Source of the DNA: Catajapyx aquilonaris
Taxonomy: Eukaryota
Length of the DNA stretch: 64,000 nt
Direction: 5' to 3'
Assembly (NCBI GenBank): GCA_000934665.2
Contig: KZ538330.1
Coordinates: forward strand, 1 to 64,000
The position numbers were made by a program, and so were the translations under genes. The first letter of the stretch is position 1, and each line of letters starts with the position of its first letter. Below, in pieces: positions 38,960-51,360 of this stretch. The notes below the pieces were generated by a model. The model did no database searches. It was not told the origin of the DNA and was given only the letters and a program-made list of their open reading frames with translations.

Positions 38960-41900
38960 TTAGTCCAAGACAATCACATCCTTTGGTTCATTTGCCGGTG
39001 TATGCAGGGACAGTGTGCTTTTCACAACAGTTTCTGGCTCCTTGTTCAATGTCTTTGGCAGAGCAGTTTCAAGAACCATCTTTGGGGAGGAAGTATCTGC
39101 CCTTTTAGCTTGCAACAGCATTTCTGTCAATGTTGCTTGCCCTGTTCTTGGAGCCACTGTACCATTTTTCGTTGGAATGCTAGTCACAGGAGTTGTCTTG
39201 GCTAAGGCACTTTCAAGTTTATTAGCTGATGAAGTCTTGCTTGGTGTGGTGACTGGAGAGTTACCCAAGGTTGAAGCTGGTGCCAGCAAGTTTTTCTGCC
39301 GTTCCTCTGCCGTTAAAACTTTGGTGAAGTTAGTAATTAGTGGTGTTGATGGTTTCCTAGCCATTGGACTTCCACCTCTCTCGGATGTTGAATTGGTCGC
39401 AGTTGGCACCTCCTTAACGTATTCCCAGGTAGCAGGCCTGATAGACAACTCTTCCTTTCCAAGTTTCTTCCGGATATCTTTGTCAACCCACCAGCACATG
39501 GTAGGCCACACAGAGCTAGCAGTAATTTCAGGTGTAGGTGGCTTGCACCACTTGGCCAGCTCGGTAATCTTCCCCCTAGTGGTCTTGAGGCTGAGGGGCA
39601 GGGAAGGAGCAATAGAACCATTCTTCTGATGGAGTTGCCACCATTCACAGAATTCGTGTGCCACAAATGATTTTTTGTGGGGGTTCCCATGGACTAAATC
39701 AACAAGAAATGGGAGTCCATCAATAGGAAACTCCTTGCGCTGCTCTGAATTTGAAGTGGATGGGATTGTAGCCCTGCCTGGAGGGCTGGTGGGTGGAGTG
39801 GTTCTGTCAGCAGTAGGGGGAGATGGTGGTGGCAGTGACTTAGATGTGGAGATGTTATCTGCTGTGTCGACGCAGATGACAGCCCCAAACAGGTTTAAGA
39901 TTGCTTCAGCCTTGACATTCTCCACTGTAAAAAAAAAACACCCATTACCATTTGCTAACACTGATGTAAAGTACAAAAATGTTTCTTAGCTTGATGACAT
40001 GCATCTTTTTAGAATTCACATGAACCAAGAGTCATTTTTGCATTGACCCAGTTATGCCGGGAAAAGTTTTTGTTGAATTTCTGAATGTTTTTTGTTTCTA
40101 TTAGATCATATTAGTTCCCAAAACACAAAAATCGAGATAAAACATTTTTCTGAATGCTTCTTTGCGACAAGGTGGATTTAGAACGGTGGCTCCTCTCCCG
40201 GTTTTTTTTGTGCAGCCCATCAGAAAAGCAAAAGCGGGTTCAAATTTTCTCCGCTAGAGCACACTTGCGTCGACATTAGGTCGAGGCTGAGGCCCAGGTG
40301 TTGGTAAATATGTTAACTTCTCTACTTTCCACTGAAGCAGTCTATGAGTTTAGGCCTTGTCAAGCGTCTATGGTCTCAAAGATTAGAGAAGAGAAGAGAG
40401 GCCTATTCACTGTTCCATGGGTGGTCGACCTAGTGTCGATCATCACATGCTCTGTCGGCTGTTTTCTAAGCTGATTTTGCCTTCGAGAGGGGCTTCACGA
40501 ATAAGCAGCTATTTTGGCCGGAGAGGAGGCACCGTTGTAGCTCCACCGTGGTTTGCGAGAAAATGGCAGTTCCCTATAATTATGGGATGATAGGAAAATG
40601 TAACCTAGCATGGCTATAGCAGTTGTTAATTACATTACCATGGCAACAGTGACATTCAGCAATATCCATAGTTTCATAATATCACCAATGATTGATTGTT
40701 GTCGATTGGATTACCACGGAAGCAGGCTGTGCAAAGAATGGGTTGTGACTGAGTAACAATCAACAACAAGCAAGGATTGTTGCAACGGTTGCCATGTTTA
40801 TCAATTGCCATGTAGTCTCGTTTTAATTGCATGGATTCATTAAAATACAGTTCAACAAAGCGTACAAAATCCACACACATACTTCACTTGTCCAAATGTG
40901 GGTGCATTTGCCTCTTGTGTTCCCCCGAACCAGATTTCAACACTACTCTCAGACAAGGAAAGCAAAAAATATGCCTATATTTCCCCGTCGACATCATCAT
41001 TCATAAGTTTTCTAAGTATTACAAACAATAAATAACTCATAACATTAATCAATATTCGAGAATTAATTACTAATCATATTCGGAACATGAAGGTGCAGCC
41101 ATTATTTCCTGAGTTAAAATTCAAACACCTGTATCTTAAAAAGCTGAAGCAATATTTGAGCAGGTTTGAACTCGCATCGTTAGATGGTACTCTCCTGAAG
41201 CCCCCGTGACTGCAGCCAGTTCTTTAGCAGCAGAAGTACCAGCGCAAAAAAATTAAAATATAACAACTGTGCTGGTGTTCCCTATAGGGGACACTCGGCA
41301 TATCTGGGTTAATGAACAAATATGGAGTGATAAATATCTATCAAGTTTCCTATATAAGGGAGATTATACGACTTCTACATCTGAATTACTCGGATTCCTA
41401 AAGCAAGTGCCCAAGCCACTAACTTCTTGCTGTGGTTTCTATGAAACTATCACTCAAAAAGATGGAAACAATGTTGCATTGAAACCAGATGCAAGAGAGT
41501 CTTCATCTTTTTGAGCAATATGTACTCCACTTATCCGGGGGTTTCATAAGCTGTGGTTTCAGTTACCAGCAGTTTGAAAATATTTAATAAATATTAAATA
41601 AAGACAGTAAATTTTTAACACCAAAAAATTAGGCTTTCAGAAATTTTACTTCGTTAATTTTGCATGCACTCACCTAGTTCAGTTTAGAGGTGTATGCCAC
41701 TACCAGTAATGTTTTCATTGAGCGCTGCATTCAGCAATGACAATTCAATGAACAAAGGCACTACACTACATGTTGTTCAAATGACATCAATTTTGTCACA
41801 CTGACACTCAAAAGTGGGGTGTCTGCCCTGCAATTTCACCCCCCTCCACATGCACCAATTACACCGCAAATGCAAACATGCAACCACAACTCAAAACAAA

Positions 41901-44900
41901 TGACTGCACTAATGAAAATGTCTTCAGTGCACAGCCACTCTACATCAGCTACTTTTAGAGAATACCACAAATGGTACATAGAGCAAGTTCACTTAGCTAT
42001 GTCACATTTCACTACATTAGGTTGATAATATAATGTAGCACTCAGCTCACCTGGTCCGAGCCCAATCCAAATGCATCCAATGACTCGGGGTCGCACTTTC
42101 TTGGCCTTTGCATTCTTTTGTGCTAAGAATTCCTCTTCCTTCAGCTTCAGTCTTTCCTGCAGGTCACCCCCTTTTCCCTCTCCTCCACTATGATCATCTT
42201 CAACATCACCACCTTCTTCATCACTCAGGTATCCATGCGGGACAAAGAACTCATTGTCCACCTCGTAACCAGTGTCATCCATCTCCTCCTCCTCCCCGTC
42301 TGACCCACTCAAGCTTTCCCCAGGTTCTTCTTCCTCCCACTCATCATCAGAGTCCACTTCATAGACCAACAGAGTTGCGTCCTTTCCCAGTGGACGACGA
42401 GGACCTATAACCTGATGATTATTGATATTCAGGTGAGTTAGTAGGTGTGCATGTGGGTGAATGTTTGTTTTTTTAAACACATGGCTATGAACACAATTGT
42501 TGTAATAGTGCTTCATTGGCAGCATAAATGTGGCAAAAATCACCAAACTCAAGAGTACATGGCAATGCAGAAAATGCTGTTTGAATGTTGGAAATTCTTC
42601 TTCCGTGCTGAACTGATGCATATTTGGGGTCATAATGTCCGCGTGTCACCTAGCCCGCACCAGCTGGCTTAGATTTGGGGCTTTCCAAAAAAAAAAAAAA
42701 TATGCTGATTTGGTGGTCATGTGACCACAGCAGCCATTTTGATTCAATAATTTTGTGTTAATGGCTGGAAAGCAATATTATTTATCACGTTGAAAATCAT
42801 CAATACTCAGCGATTTCTCTGAGTGATCGTCTACTGCTCTAATTTACAAATGAAAATCAAGAAATATAACAAAAGTCTGGCAAGCCAGGTCAGAGCCTGA
42901 GACATGCTGTCATCTGTTGTTACAAAAAATAACCACTATTTTCAAAGCAAGCCCATGGTCTTAGAGGGCAAGCCCAAGTCTACAGACATGCTGCCCTATG
43001 TTGTAAGAAAAACTAACCATGCCTACATTTTACCCAGAGGCACATTTTCGATCTAAAAATATAACAGTCACAAAAGGGCTATATCAGCTTGCCGGTCTCT
43101 GAAGGTTAAGGGCTTATTTTTTATTTGGAAAATAACATTGCTATGAACATTTTGATATTTCTGTAAGAAAAGAACTACCTGAGGTCTAGTGATGACATAT
43201 GAAGCATTTTGCTAAAATTGGGGAGGGGCTGATTCCAAAAAGAGGTAGTGTTTCAGATTTAAATTAGTTTGTAGGCATCATCCACAAACAAAAATCAGTG
43301 CTTCTATGGCATTTTCAGGCTGACATATTTCTGGTATACGTTATATATATTTTTGACACTTAGGTTTTTATATGAACTCTTATGTACTCAATGCCTTACA
43401 ATTAATTTTCCCACGAAATTCCCTGGCAGCTGAACCACAACTTTTGTCAAAAATGACTCAGTTGCAATGGAATTAACTTACTGGTAATTAAAATACCATG
43501 ATTGTACAGGGTGTTTCAGAGTCACGGGTCAAGCGCGCGCGGGGGTGAGGAAAAATCATAGGTGGCGACAACCCCGGTCGGTTTTATAAAACAATAAGAA
43601 ATACGGCAGTAATCAATTTATTTATTACGGCCGTACGGCGTACGTCACATCCTACTTTCTGCTTGAACTGACAGTGAGGGGTGCGGAGTGACAAATGCTC
43701 TTGCTTTTAGTCCTTGAACCTGGGCGACACGGTGGCCGAGTGGTTAGCGCCCCAGCCTTCCATCTCTAAGGTCCCGAGTTTGATCCCCGGACCGGACAGA
43801 GGATACTTATGTGGATAGAGTTTCGATGGGCTCTCTCCGTGTGCGCGTGGGATTTCTCGGGGTTCTCCCGTTTCCTCCCACTATCAAAATCCATCACATT
43901 ACAAGCAAATGATTAAAGTCGGTCTATTAAAAGATGATCCCCTAAAAAACCCAAGGAGGCTTATCACGGGGTATCCATTATATTATAGTCCTTGAACCTG
44001 CTTGAGCAGCTTTTTAGCCTTGCGGGTTGCACTGAAAAGGCGCTCTCATGTTATACCGGTAGGGTACTGTACAAAGTAGCGTACTACTGTACAGTGGTGT
44101 ATTCAGTACCTTGCCGGTGTAGCAGGAGAGCGCCTTTTTCAGTGCAACCCAAGGCTAAAAAGCTGCTCAAGCAGGTTCAAGGACTTCAGGCATTAGCATT
44201 TGCCACTCCGCGCCACTCACTTATCAGTTCGAACAGAAGGTAGGATGTGACGTCACGCCGTGCAGCCGTAATAAATAAATTGATTACTGCCGGATTTCTA
44301 ATTGTTTTATAAAACCGACCGAGGTTGTCGCCACCTACGATTTTTCCCCACCCCCTCGCACGCGCTTGACCCGTGACGCTGAAACACCCTGTATATGGTG
44401 ACTCATGCTAATAAAATCCCACTGAAATAAAAGCCAATGATTATTTCTCAAAGCCACCATTGGTGGCGGGAGACATCAGGGTAGGTTACAAGGTTGGCTG
44501 TGGGAATGTGGCATTTAGAGTGGGAGTCTGTCTCAGGACAAGAACCTACCAAAATAATGAGCATCTACCCTACTTGAAAGTGGTAGCCGTTAGCAGTTCA
44601 GAATCCCATTTACCTGCAAATAGTTCTGGCCCCAGTTCTCTTTTTTTTGTGGCAGGAAGGGGGAAGTTGTCATGAAACAGAGATTTAATAATATTTCTAC
44701 AGTGATAGGTGCACTGGTGTAAAATCTCCACATCACAGGCACTTCAACACATAACAACAAATTGTCAATTTCACGAAGGAAAGCAGACTATCTATCATAT
44801 TCCTCACAAGGCTGAAAAGGCATGAAGTGACTATCAACATAATTATATCTAACCTTGCTTCTCTTACGCCATGAGCCCCAATATGGTGGACGCCTGTTCT

Positions 44901-47900
44901 CACAGAACTGCAAGAGCTTGGGGGCAGGCATCTTGACAGAGGTTGGTGCTTCTGCCTCACTCCACTGAGGATCATCTTCATCAAGAATCTCCACATCTGG
45001 TGCAGGAAAGAGAGTGCGATTCGATTGTCCAGGGGTGTAAAGACCTGTGCGAACTTCTTCTAAGTAGAGACGGGAAGGCAGGATTTGTGAGAGAGCTTTG
45101 TCAAGCTCACATCTGCGTTCGGGGGAAAACTTGGTGCGGCAAAGTGGTGCCAGTTGCATGTCTGCTTTCACCTAGGTTAAAAAGTTATTTTAAAAAGGTA
45201 CATTAGCATACGATAGGTTCCACCCTTCTAATTATGATATATACCTGAAAATCCATAAAAGTGGCTTCAGCTGGAATAATCTTGACCTCTTCCTCCTTGC
45301 ATATTGAGTTTTTCTTCTGAAAAAAGCTCACAAAAGAGGCAGCAGCCTTTGCCTTCTTTTTCTCCTCCTCCTCTTGCTTCAGCTTCTTCTCCTCCTTCTT
45401 TCGTTGCTCCTCTTCCTTTTGGCTGCGTTTTGCCTCCTGCAATCGTCTCTTCTCCTCTTCTTTTTGTTTCTTCTCCTCCTCCCTTTTCTGCTTTTCTTCC
45501 TGTCGTTTCAGTTTCTCCTCTTGTTTTGCACTGCACAACCCAATATTACTACAATGTTCAGGGGAATAAATTCAGTACAACTTACTCCAACTCAGCCTGT
45601 TTCTTCTGCTTCAGTTCTTCTTTTTTCTTGCGCTTTTCTTCCTCTGCCCTAATCTTCTCTTCCTTCTTCTTCTGCCTTTCCTCCTGGAGTCGCTCCTTTT
45701 CCTAAAAATAGTCAATGTCATGTTTCCACACACTGAATGCTTTTGATGCAACTGTAACAATAAATTTTGCTATTGATTTCAGAATAACTTTGTAAAAGCA
45801 CTTGCACCCTACCACTTGTCACAGATATACCTTACTTTTGCACTCCTTGTTCAGTGCAATTACAACACAAAGAAAAAATAACTGGTCATCATCATCATGA
45901 ACAAGCCACTGCCAATTTAGTGAAGGCTGTCCTTGCTGGAACCTGCAAGCTACTATCTGTTTATTTAATATAGAGCCCTGTGTTTGACTCGTAACAACTC
46001 CCAGGCAAATGAAAAAAAGATTACATTGTGCTCTATTACACTCAGAATTTTAAAATTATTGTTTTAGTCAGTTGAATAGAAAAGGACCCAGCCCGCTGTC
46101 TGGCGGGAATAGACGGCGATACTTTTAAATACGTTTAAAATTTTTAGTGTAATAGAGCACAATGTAATCTTATCACACACATTTCTGGCTTGCCGTCGAT
46201 GCATTCGCGATGTAATTCGGATTATAACAGCCGAGATAACAGAGGTGCGCAATTAACTTAATTATGATTACAGAAATGGCGATCTCAATGTTTCAAATAT
46301 ATCATTAGATAGACAAAGATGTGCACTATCCAGGGTTCACAGGTGGATTTTTTTGGCCTCCTGAAAGTGTCATAAAAAAATTCACTTTGCGGTGTAACGT
46401 CAGAAACTAGTCAAAAAATGACACATTTCCACCTTCTTTTTACGATAAAAAATTAGAGACTGACGATAGGAAAACAAGTCTCATGTACGTAACATGGATT
46501 TAACCCTGTAATGCCACTAATCTAAGTAATGCCCACTGGGTCATATCTGGCACACCATTGAGTGCAATTTTTATATTTTCTGTAAGTGTGCCAAATTGCA
46601 CTAAATGGTGTGCCAGATATGACCCAAGGGGCATTACAGGGTTAAACAAGCTTTCTAACGATACATACCATTATTTTTTTGGATAATATGCCTGGGAGTT
46701 GTTACGAGTCAAACACAGGGCTCTATATTAAAAAAACGGATAGTAGTGTTCATGGCACTCCCTGTGCTGATGTTGTAACTTATTAATAAGCTTTACTATG
46801 TCGCATGGCCCACCTAGATAGCACGAGAAGCACAACGTTTGAAATTTTGTTGATAAAAAAATCTGACAGGAAGGTTGTTTGCCATAAAATTTCTAATCAT
46901 CAATGTCACAAAGTTTATCCAGTGCCATTACATTCCTCCATGCATTGTGTAACAAAATTTATGCTTTCACCACCTTGCTACAAAGCTCACTAGGAAAAAT
47001 AATTTCACAGACCTTGCGTCGGTCCACTTTTTCCTGATATGACAGCCTCCGCCTTTTAGGTGGTGGACATCCATTTGCACCACTTGCTGGGGTACAGGGA
47101 GTAGAAGTGGAAGCAGTGGATTTGTTGGCAGATGCTACGCTGCTGGCAGACGAAGTGCGTGATGAAGGACTGGATGTCCGAGGAGTCACCATCTCACAGT
47201 CACTATCCATCTTATCCACCTCAATTTGCTCTATATTCTCCACCTCCTTCTCCTCTGCCTCATTGTTTCCAGAGGAAGATGACACAGTGGGAGACTGTCC
47301 ATTTCCATGACTTAATCCATCACTGGTGGATTTCTTCTCGGGGGTGATAAGACTTACAACAGCAATCTGGGTAGTCTTACTAGGTGTAGAAGGTGCTTGA
47401 GTTTCAATTTTTTCCACTGAAGAACCATTTATGTCAGTTTCTGAACTCGCTTTTCTCTTGCGACTATCAGTAACAGCTGGTGATGCTGGGCTTTCCACCA
47501 ACTTAAATGGCAACATTGCTGGAAAACAAGAGGAAAACTTCACTTCTTTGATCCTGTACATCAAATGCACGATTTCTTGAACAGTAATTTTGAAACCTTG
47601 CTTCATTAACTGCGATTAATATCCTGCCTCCCTTGCAACATCATAAGATTGCACAGTTACACCTACCCCTGTTGTGGACATAAGGAAGTCACCTACAGGG
47701 TACCCGGTGAAGAGGGTAGGGGATGGTACAATATGGTACAATATGGTACAATACAACAGGATGCCATAATATATGTTTCACCTGTTCTCCACAAACTCCC
47801 CCTACTTCAAAAAAAAAGGATGGGTGAGAAATTCAACAGGGTAACCACTCTACAGAACAGGTGTGTAGGCAGTGTGCAGGTTATTGTGGAACGAGAACTG

Positions 47901-50592
47901 AACCAGACGGATCCATCAGGAACTATGTGGTCATCAACAAGTCTCAGAATGTCGATATATGCACTGATGAAAGATAATACAGGGTGATCCGTGTGGGTAG
48001 GGATAATTTTAAATATGTATCACAATCAACACATAAGCCGTACCAAGTTGAAATTCTGCCAGTTTGGTGAGGTAAGTTGGTGAGGATGGGAGATTCATGC
48101 ACTGTACTCACAAGGGAACGACCAAGGTCGATCGCCTCCGATTTGGTTGAAACTCGCTTTAGGGGTGACTCATGTGCAAAATACACAGTGGTGAAAGTCC
48201 TAAATGACACTGTCCAGCCTTTTCCGAGATATGAGCACAAAAAATTCGAATTTCGGCCATGCGTACTGGTGCGTACAGGTGTCGGGCGGGGACAAGTGCA
48301 AGGCCCGACAAGGTCCCTATACGTGCGGACAAAATTCAGATGTTTCTGTCACTCATATCTCAGAAACGGCTGGACAGTGTCATCTAGGACTTTCACCACA
48401 GTGTCTATCACACATGAGTGACCCCTCAAGCGAGTTTCAACCAAATCGGATGCGACCGACCTTGGTCGTTCCCTTGCCAGTGCGCCTGCATTGGCCCTAC
48501 ATCATGACCAAAGAGGCTGGATGTGGCGTAACCAGCTGTAAGGACGTTTTATCTTTTCTGAGGACACAACACAAGCAGGACCATACTGTGACATACTAAT
48601 TCATACCCAGTTATCAGCCTTTTTCAGCTCTTTAGGGGGGAAGTTTGTTTTTGCCTGGAACTCTTTGCTTTCATTTTACTGCACTTTTTGGGATGGGATA
48701 GGGACGGAAGGAAGCGGCTGTGGCCTGTTAATTACGGAAACAACTCCGGAATTTTCCTGGAAGGACCGTGGGAAACCACAGAAAACCATGGTCAGAGTTG
48801 CCGGCCCCGGGATTTGATCCCAGGACCTCCCGATTAGCAGTCGGACACCGTATCCCCTCCTCCAAACTGCTTCGGTTTTGACATACCAATTCATGGTACC
48901 ACAACTGGACAACAATGTAATTTTCCAGCAAGACGGGTCCCACCCTACCGGTTACTGGAAGTCAGGAAGTTCAACAACACTTTCAATGACAATTGGAGTG
49001 GCTGTGGTGGCCCTATTCCTTGGCTTGCAAACTCCCTGGATCTCACTCCCCCCCGATTTCTTTGTGTGTGGTTTGTGAAGACTATCATCTACGGAAAACG
49101 ACCTCAAAGCCTGGATGACCTGGAGGTGAACATTTCTGCAGCGTTCGCACAAATAACTCCAGCAATGTTACAAAACACATGGCAGGAATTGAGCACCTGA
49201 TATCAACTCTACCGAGTACGCAAAGGGGGTCATGTGGAGACCTAGACAAACTCCCAGTCCCACTCATAAAGGTAATCTCTGCCTAATTTGGATCAATTCT
49301 GTCTGTTACAAGATATACCACAGTATTTTAAAATTATCCCTACCCAAACTGATCACCCTGTACTTTAACTTACAATGTACTTTTTAACCCTTAACTACGT
49401 AGGTGGAGCCTGAGAGGCTCCAAGTACTATTTAAACGCATGTAACTTTTTCATTGAATTTTATTTTCCCCTCTCCTTCCGTGACTATGTCAGAAAAACCT
49501 TCCAAAACATTAAAAGGAAAGAAAAAATTTTTTTGTCCCTATTCTGTAGTTGAAAAAAATTCGTAACAAGGAACAGGTCCCTCCAGGAACCGCTCAGGCT
49601 CTACCTATGCAGGTGAAGCCAGAGCAGCTCAAAGATGATGTAACCTTTTAATTAAAAATTTTCCCTGTCGGAATATGCTGACTCAGCATGTGATTTTTAC
49701 ATTTTCGGAAGCCTAATGATCTGAACTGCACTCTCTGTATGTGAAAAGTCCAATATAACAATTTAGTTGATAAGCAGAAATTTAAATATACCGTTGGAGC
49801 CTCTCAGGCTCCACCTACGTAGTTAAAGGTGTTTCGCCCACCTACGTAGTTAAGGGTTAAATACCAATCACAAACATGACATAGCATTTAAGTTCAATAA
49901 AATTTAATATGCACCACACTTATTTCCTGAATTCAAGTTGGCAAAGAACTTGGGGAAAAATGGTACCTATAACTGTGTGTCAAGGAAGAGGTACCAGTAA
50001 GCTTTACACAGGAATAGGAACTGCTTGTGACGGTTCCACGAGATCCAGATTGAACCAGACGGTACCAGATTGAACCAGTGGAAACAAGGGTGTAACAACT
50101 CCCCAAAAAAGTGTATGCCAGATCCTAGAACCGGGTAGTTCCACCGGGTCCAGGCCAGTTCCACCTGGTTCCAAGCTGGTTCAGTAGGACCCTGTACACC
50201 AGTTCTATGAAGTTGTTACCCCCTCGAGTGGAAACAGCTAACCTTACCATGTTCCAAACAGAAATGAAATTTGATATCAAGACCATTCTGGATTTTTTTT
50301 CAATGATCAAACTAATTCATATGCACATGTCTTGGCACATGTCTGGAATTGACTTATGCATGGAGGTAGTGTTTGGTCCAATTGTAGTGATAGCAATTGT
50401 TGGAGCATATGATTATGATTATTATTATTACATGCTGGTTATATAGGCATGCATTAACACCTCACTTTAGTAAATCAACACCGAAATTAGAACGTTGACC
50501 ACGGCACAAAATGGCGTGTGGTACCCTCCAGTTATTAACAATGGCCCGGTATGCAACCAACCTTGCTTGAGTTTCTTGTTCGGAGTAGGCAT
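38960..50592 (-). CDS. CHAF1A: Chromatin assembly factor 1 subunit A (CAF-1 p150)
   Basis: Exons 50592-50562, 47518-47013, 45701-45586, 45530-45245, 45171-44854, 42411-42051, 39924-38960 (TAA). N-terminal KKLKQAMLPFK (PIP-like), KER coiled coil, KLLQFCENRRPPYWGSW, YEVDSDDEWEEEEPGESL, FFVPHGYLSDEEG, LVHGN winged-helix region. Confidence 0.95.
43507..44391. mobile_element. Tc1/mariner-type foldback MITE interrupted by a SINE
   Basis: TA-CAGGGTGTTTCAG...CTGAAACACCCTG-TA; becomes an almost complete palindrome once the SINE is removed. Confidence 0.85.
43723..43985 (+). mobile_element. Full-length tRNA-derived SINE (family B) with a V-domain-like core
   Basis: A box TGGCCGAGTGG, B-box-like GAGTTTGATCC, core GTGTGCGCGTGGGATTTCTCGGGGTTCTCCCGTTTCCTCCCAC, (TAT) tail, and 15-bp TSD TAGTCCTTGAACCTG (43708-43722 / 43986-44000). 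Confidence 0.88.
45950..46746. mobile_element. MITE with ~55-bp TIRs (superfamily unassigned)
   Basis: CTACTATC...TAATATAGAGCCCTGTGTTTGACTCGTAACAACTCCCAGGC, with its reverse complement at ~46690-46746. Confidence 0.75.
46504..46641. mobile_element. 138-bp piggyBac-like hairpin mini-element (nested)
   Basis: TTAA-CCCTGTAATGCC...GGCATTACAGGG-TTAA, largely palindromic. Confidence 0.75.
48111..48476. mobile_element. Foldback MITE with CAAGGG termini (nested)
   Basis: CAAGGGAACGACCAAGGTCG...CGACCTTGGTCGTTCCCTTG, with ~140-bp arms; no clear TSD. Confidence 0.75.
48670..48855 (-). mobile_element. SINE family A copy retaining part of its tRNA-like head (nested)
   Basis: Same body as 4107-4353, extended by GGGAGGTCCTGGGATCAAATCCC (B-box-like) on the minus strand. 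Confidence 0.75.
49388..49856. mobile_element. piggyBac-like MITE with a duplicated right end
   Basis: TTAA-CCCTTAACTACGTAGGTGG...CCACCTACGTAGTTAAGGG-TTAA, plus subterminal GGAGCCTGAGAGGCTCC palindromes. Confidence 0.8.
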
Positions 50593-50794
50593 TCTCGTTT
50601 CTCTTCCGGGGGCCAGGAGAGGACTGCACTGGACGCAGATGCGTTCCACGCGTGTCCGGGGGAGCAATGCAGCGCCTGGAGGTGTGCAGCAATGGTGGAG
50701 ATGGAACGGCACCGGAGAAGGAACGAGAAGCGCGCCAGAAGGAGGACGGGAGGAGGAGGACAAGGCAAATGACTGGCAACCACCAGGCCTCGGA

Positions 50795-50930
50795 GATTTT
50801 CCGCGGGAAATGCTGCCGCCTGATTGGCCAACCAATCGGAAGGGAACATTCCCATCCGGAATGACGGGTTTGGCCGATCGGACCTGGATCGGACCACGCG
50901 GGAGTTTCAACTCGTCTTTTTCAAACGTGA
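50795..50930. promoter_or_regulatory. Cell-cycle-type bidirectional promoter elements between CHAF1A and PGPEP1 (E2F, CCAAT, CHR-like)
   Basis: TTTTCCGCGGGAAA (50797-50810, overlapping inverted E2F-like sites); GATTGGCCAACCAATC (50822-50837, opposed CCAAT boxes); TTCAAA (50920-50925, reverse complement of the CHR TTTGAA). Confidence 0.55.
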
Positions 50931-51360
50931 CAATTTGCCACTGAGCACTGTGATTCATCCAGGAGTGATGCAATGCCATGCAGTTTATGCGGATTAGTGC
51001 AGGCAATTAATCTGTGCAGGGAGCTCGTCGGAGGGACCGTTCCACACGTGATTCCACTGATGCCATTGTCCTGTCCGCCCCCCACGTCCGTCTCCCATCC
51101 ATCGGCCTCGACTTCGCCCCCCCATTCTGGATAAGCAGAATGAATGGGAAGCCGAACCAGCTGCCTCGTGTACGTGTGGCCAGATGGCGCCGTGTTCCAC
51201 TGGGGTTAGAGCAGTGCTCACCTCGAGGGCCATCGAGCGGACTGGGGGCGAAACTGGCTGTAAATAGAGATCAGCCGAAAGCCGCACACCTTGAAGGGGG
51301 GCCCTTATTGTGAGAAGACGAGAGGGGAAGAAGAGCAATAAGAGAGGGAGAGAGAGGACA

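Larger units (their letters stand above)
47980..49360 (+). mobile_element. Decayed Tc1/mariner element with transposase remnants and nested insertions
   Basis: TA-CAGGGTGATC...GGGTAGGGATAATTTTAAA TIRs. Frameshifted DDD/E-domain remnants IFQQDG and W..NSLDLTPPDFFVCG at ~48885-49095. Confidence 0.85.

Noticed and set aside
43723..43795. tRNA gene
   Set aside because: It has A/B boxes but continues into a SINE body with tail and TSD, so it is a SINE head; the same applies to 53645-53712.
50462..51006. Long overlapping ORFs (105-179 aa) at the CHAF1A/PGPEP1 promoter
   Set aside because: They arise from a GC-rich promoter/UTR; only MPTPNKKLKQ (50592-50562) matches CAF-1 p150.
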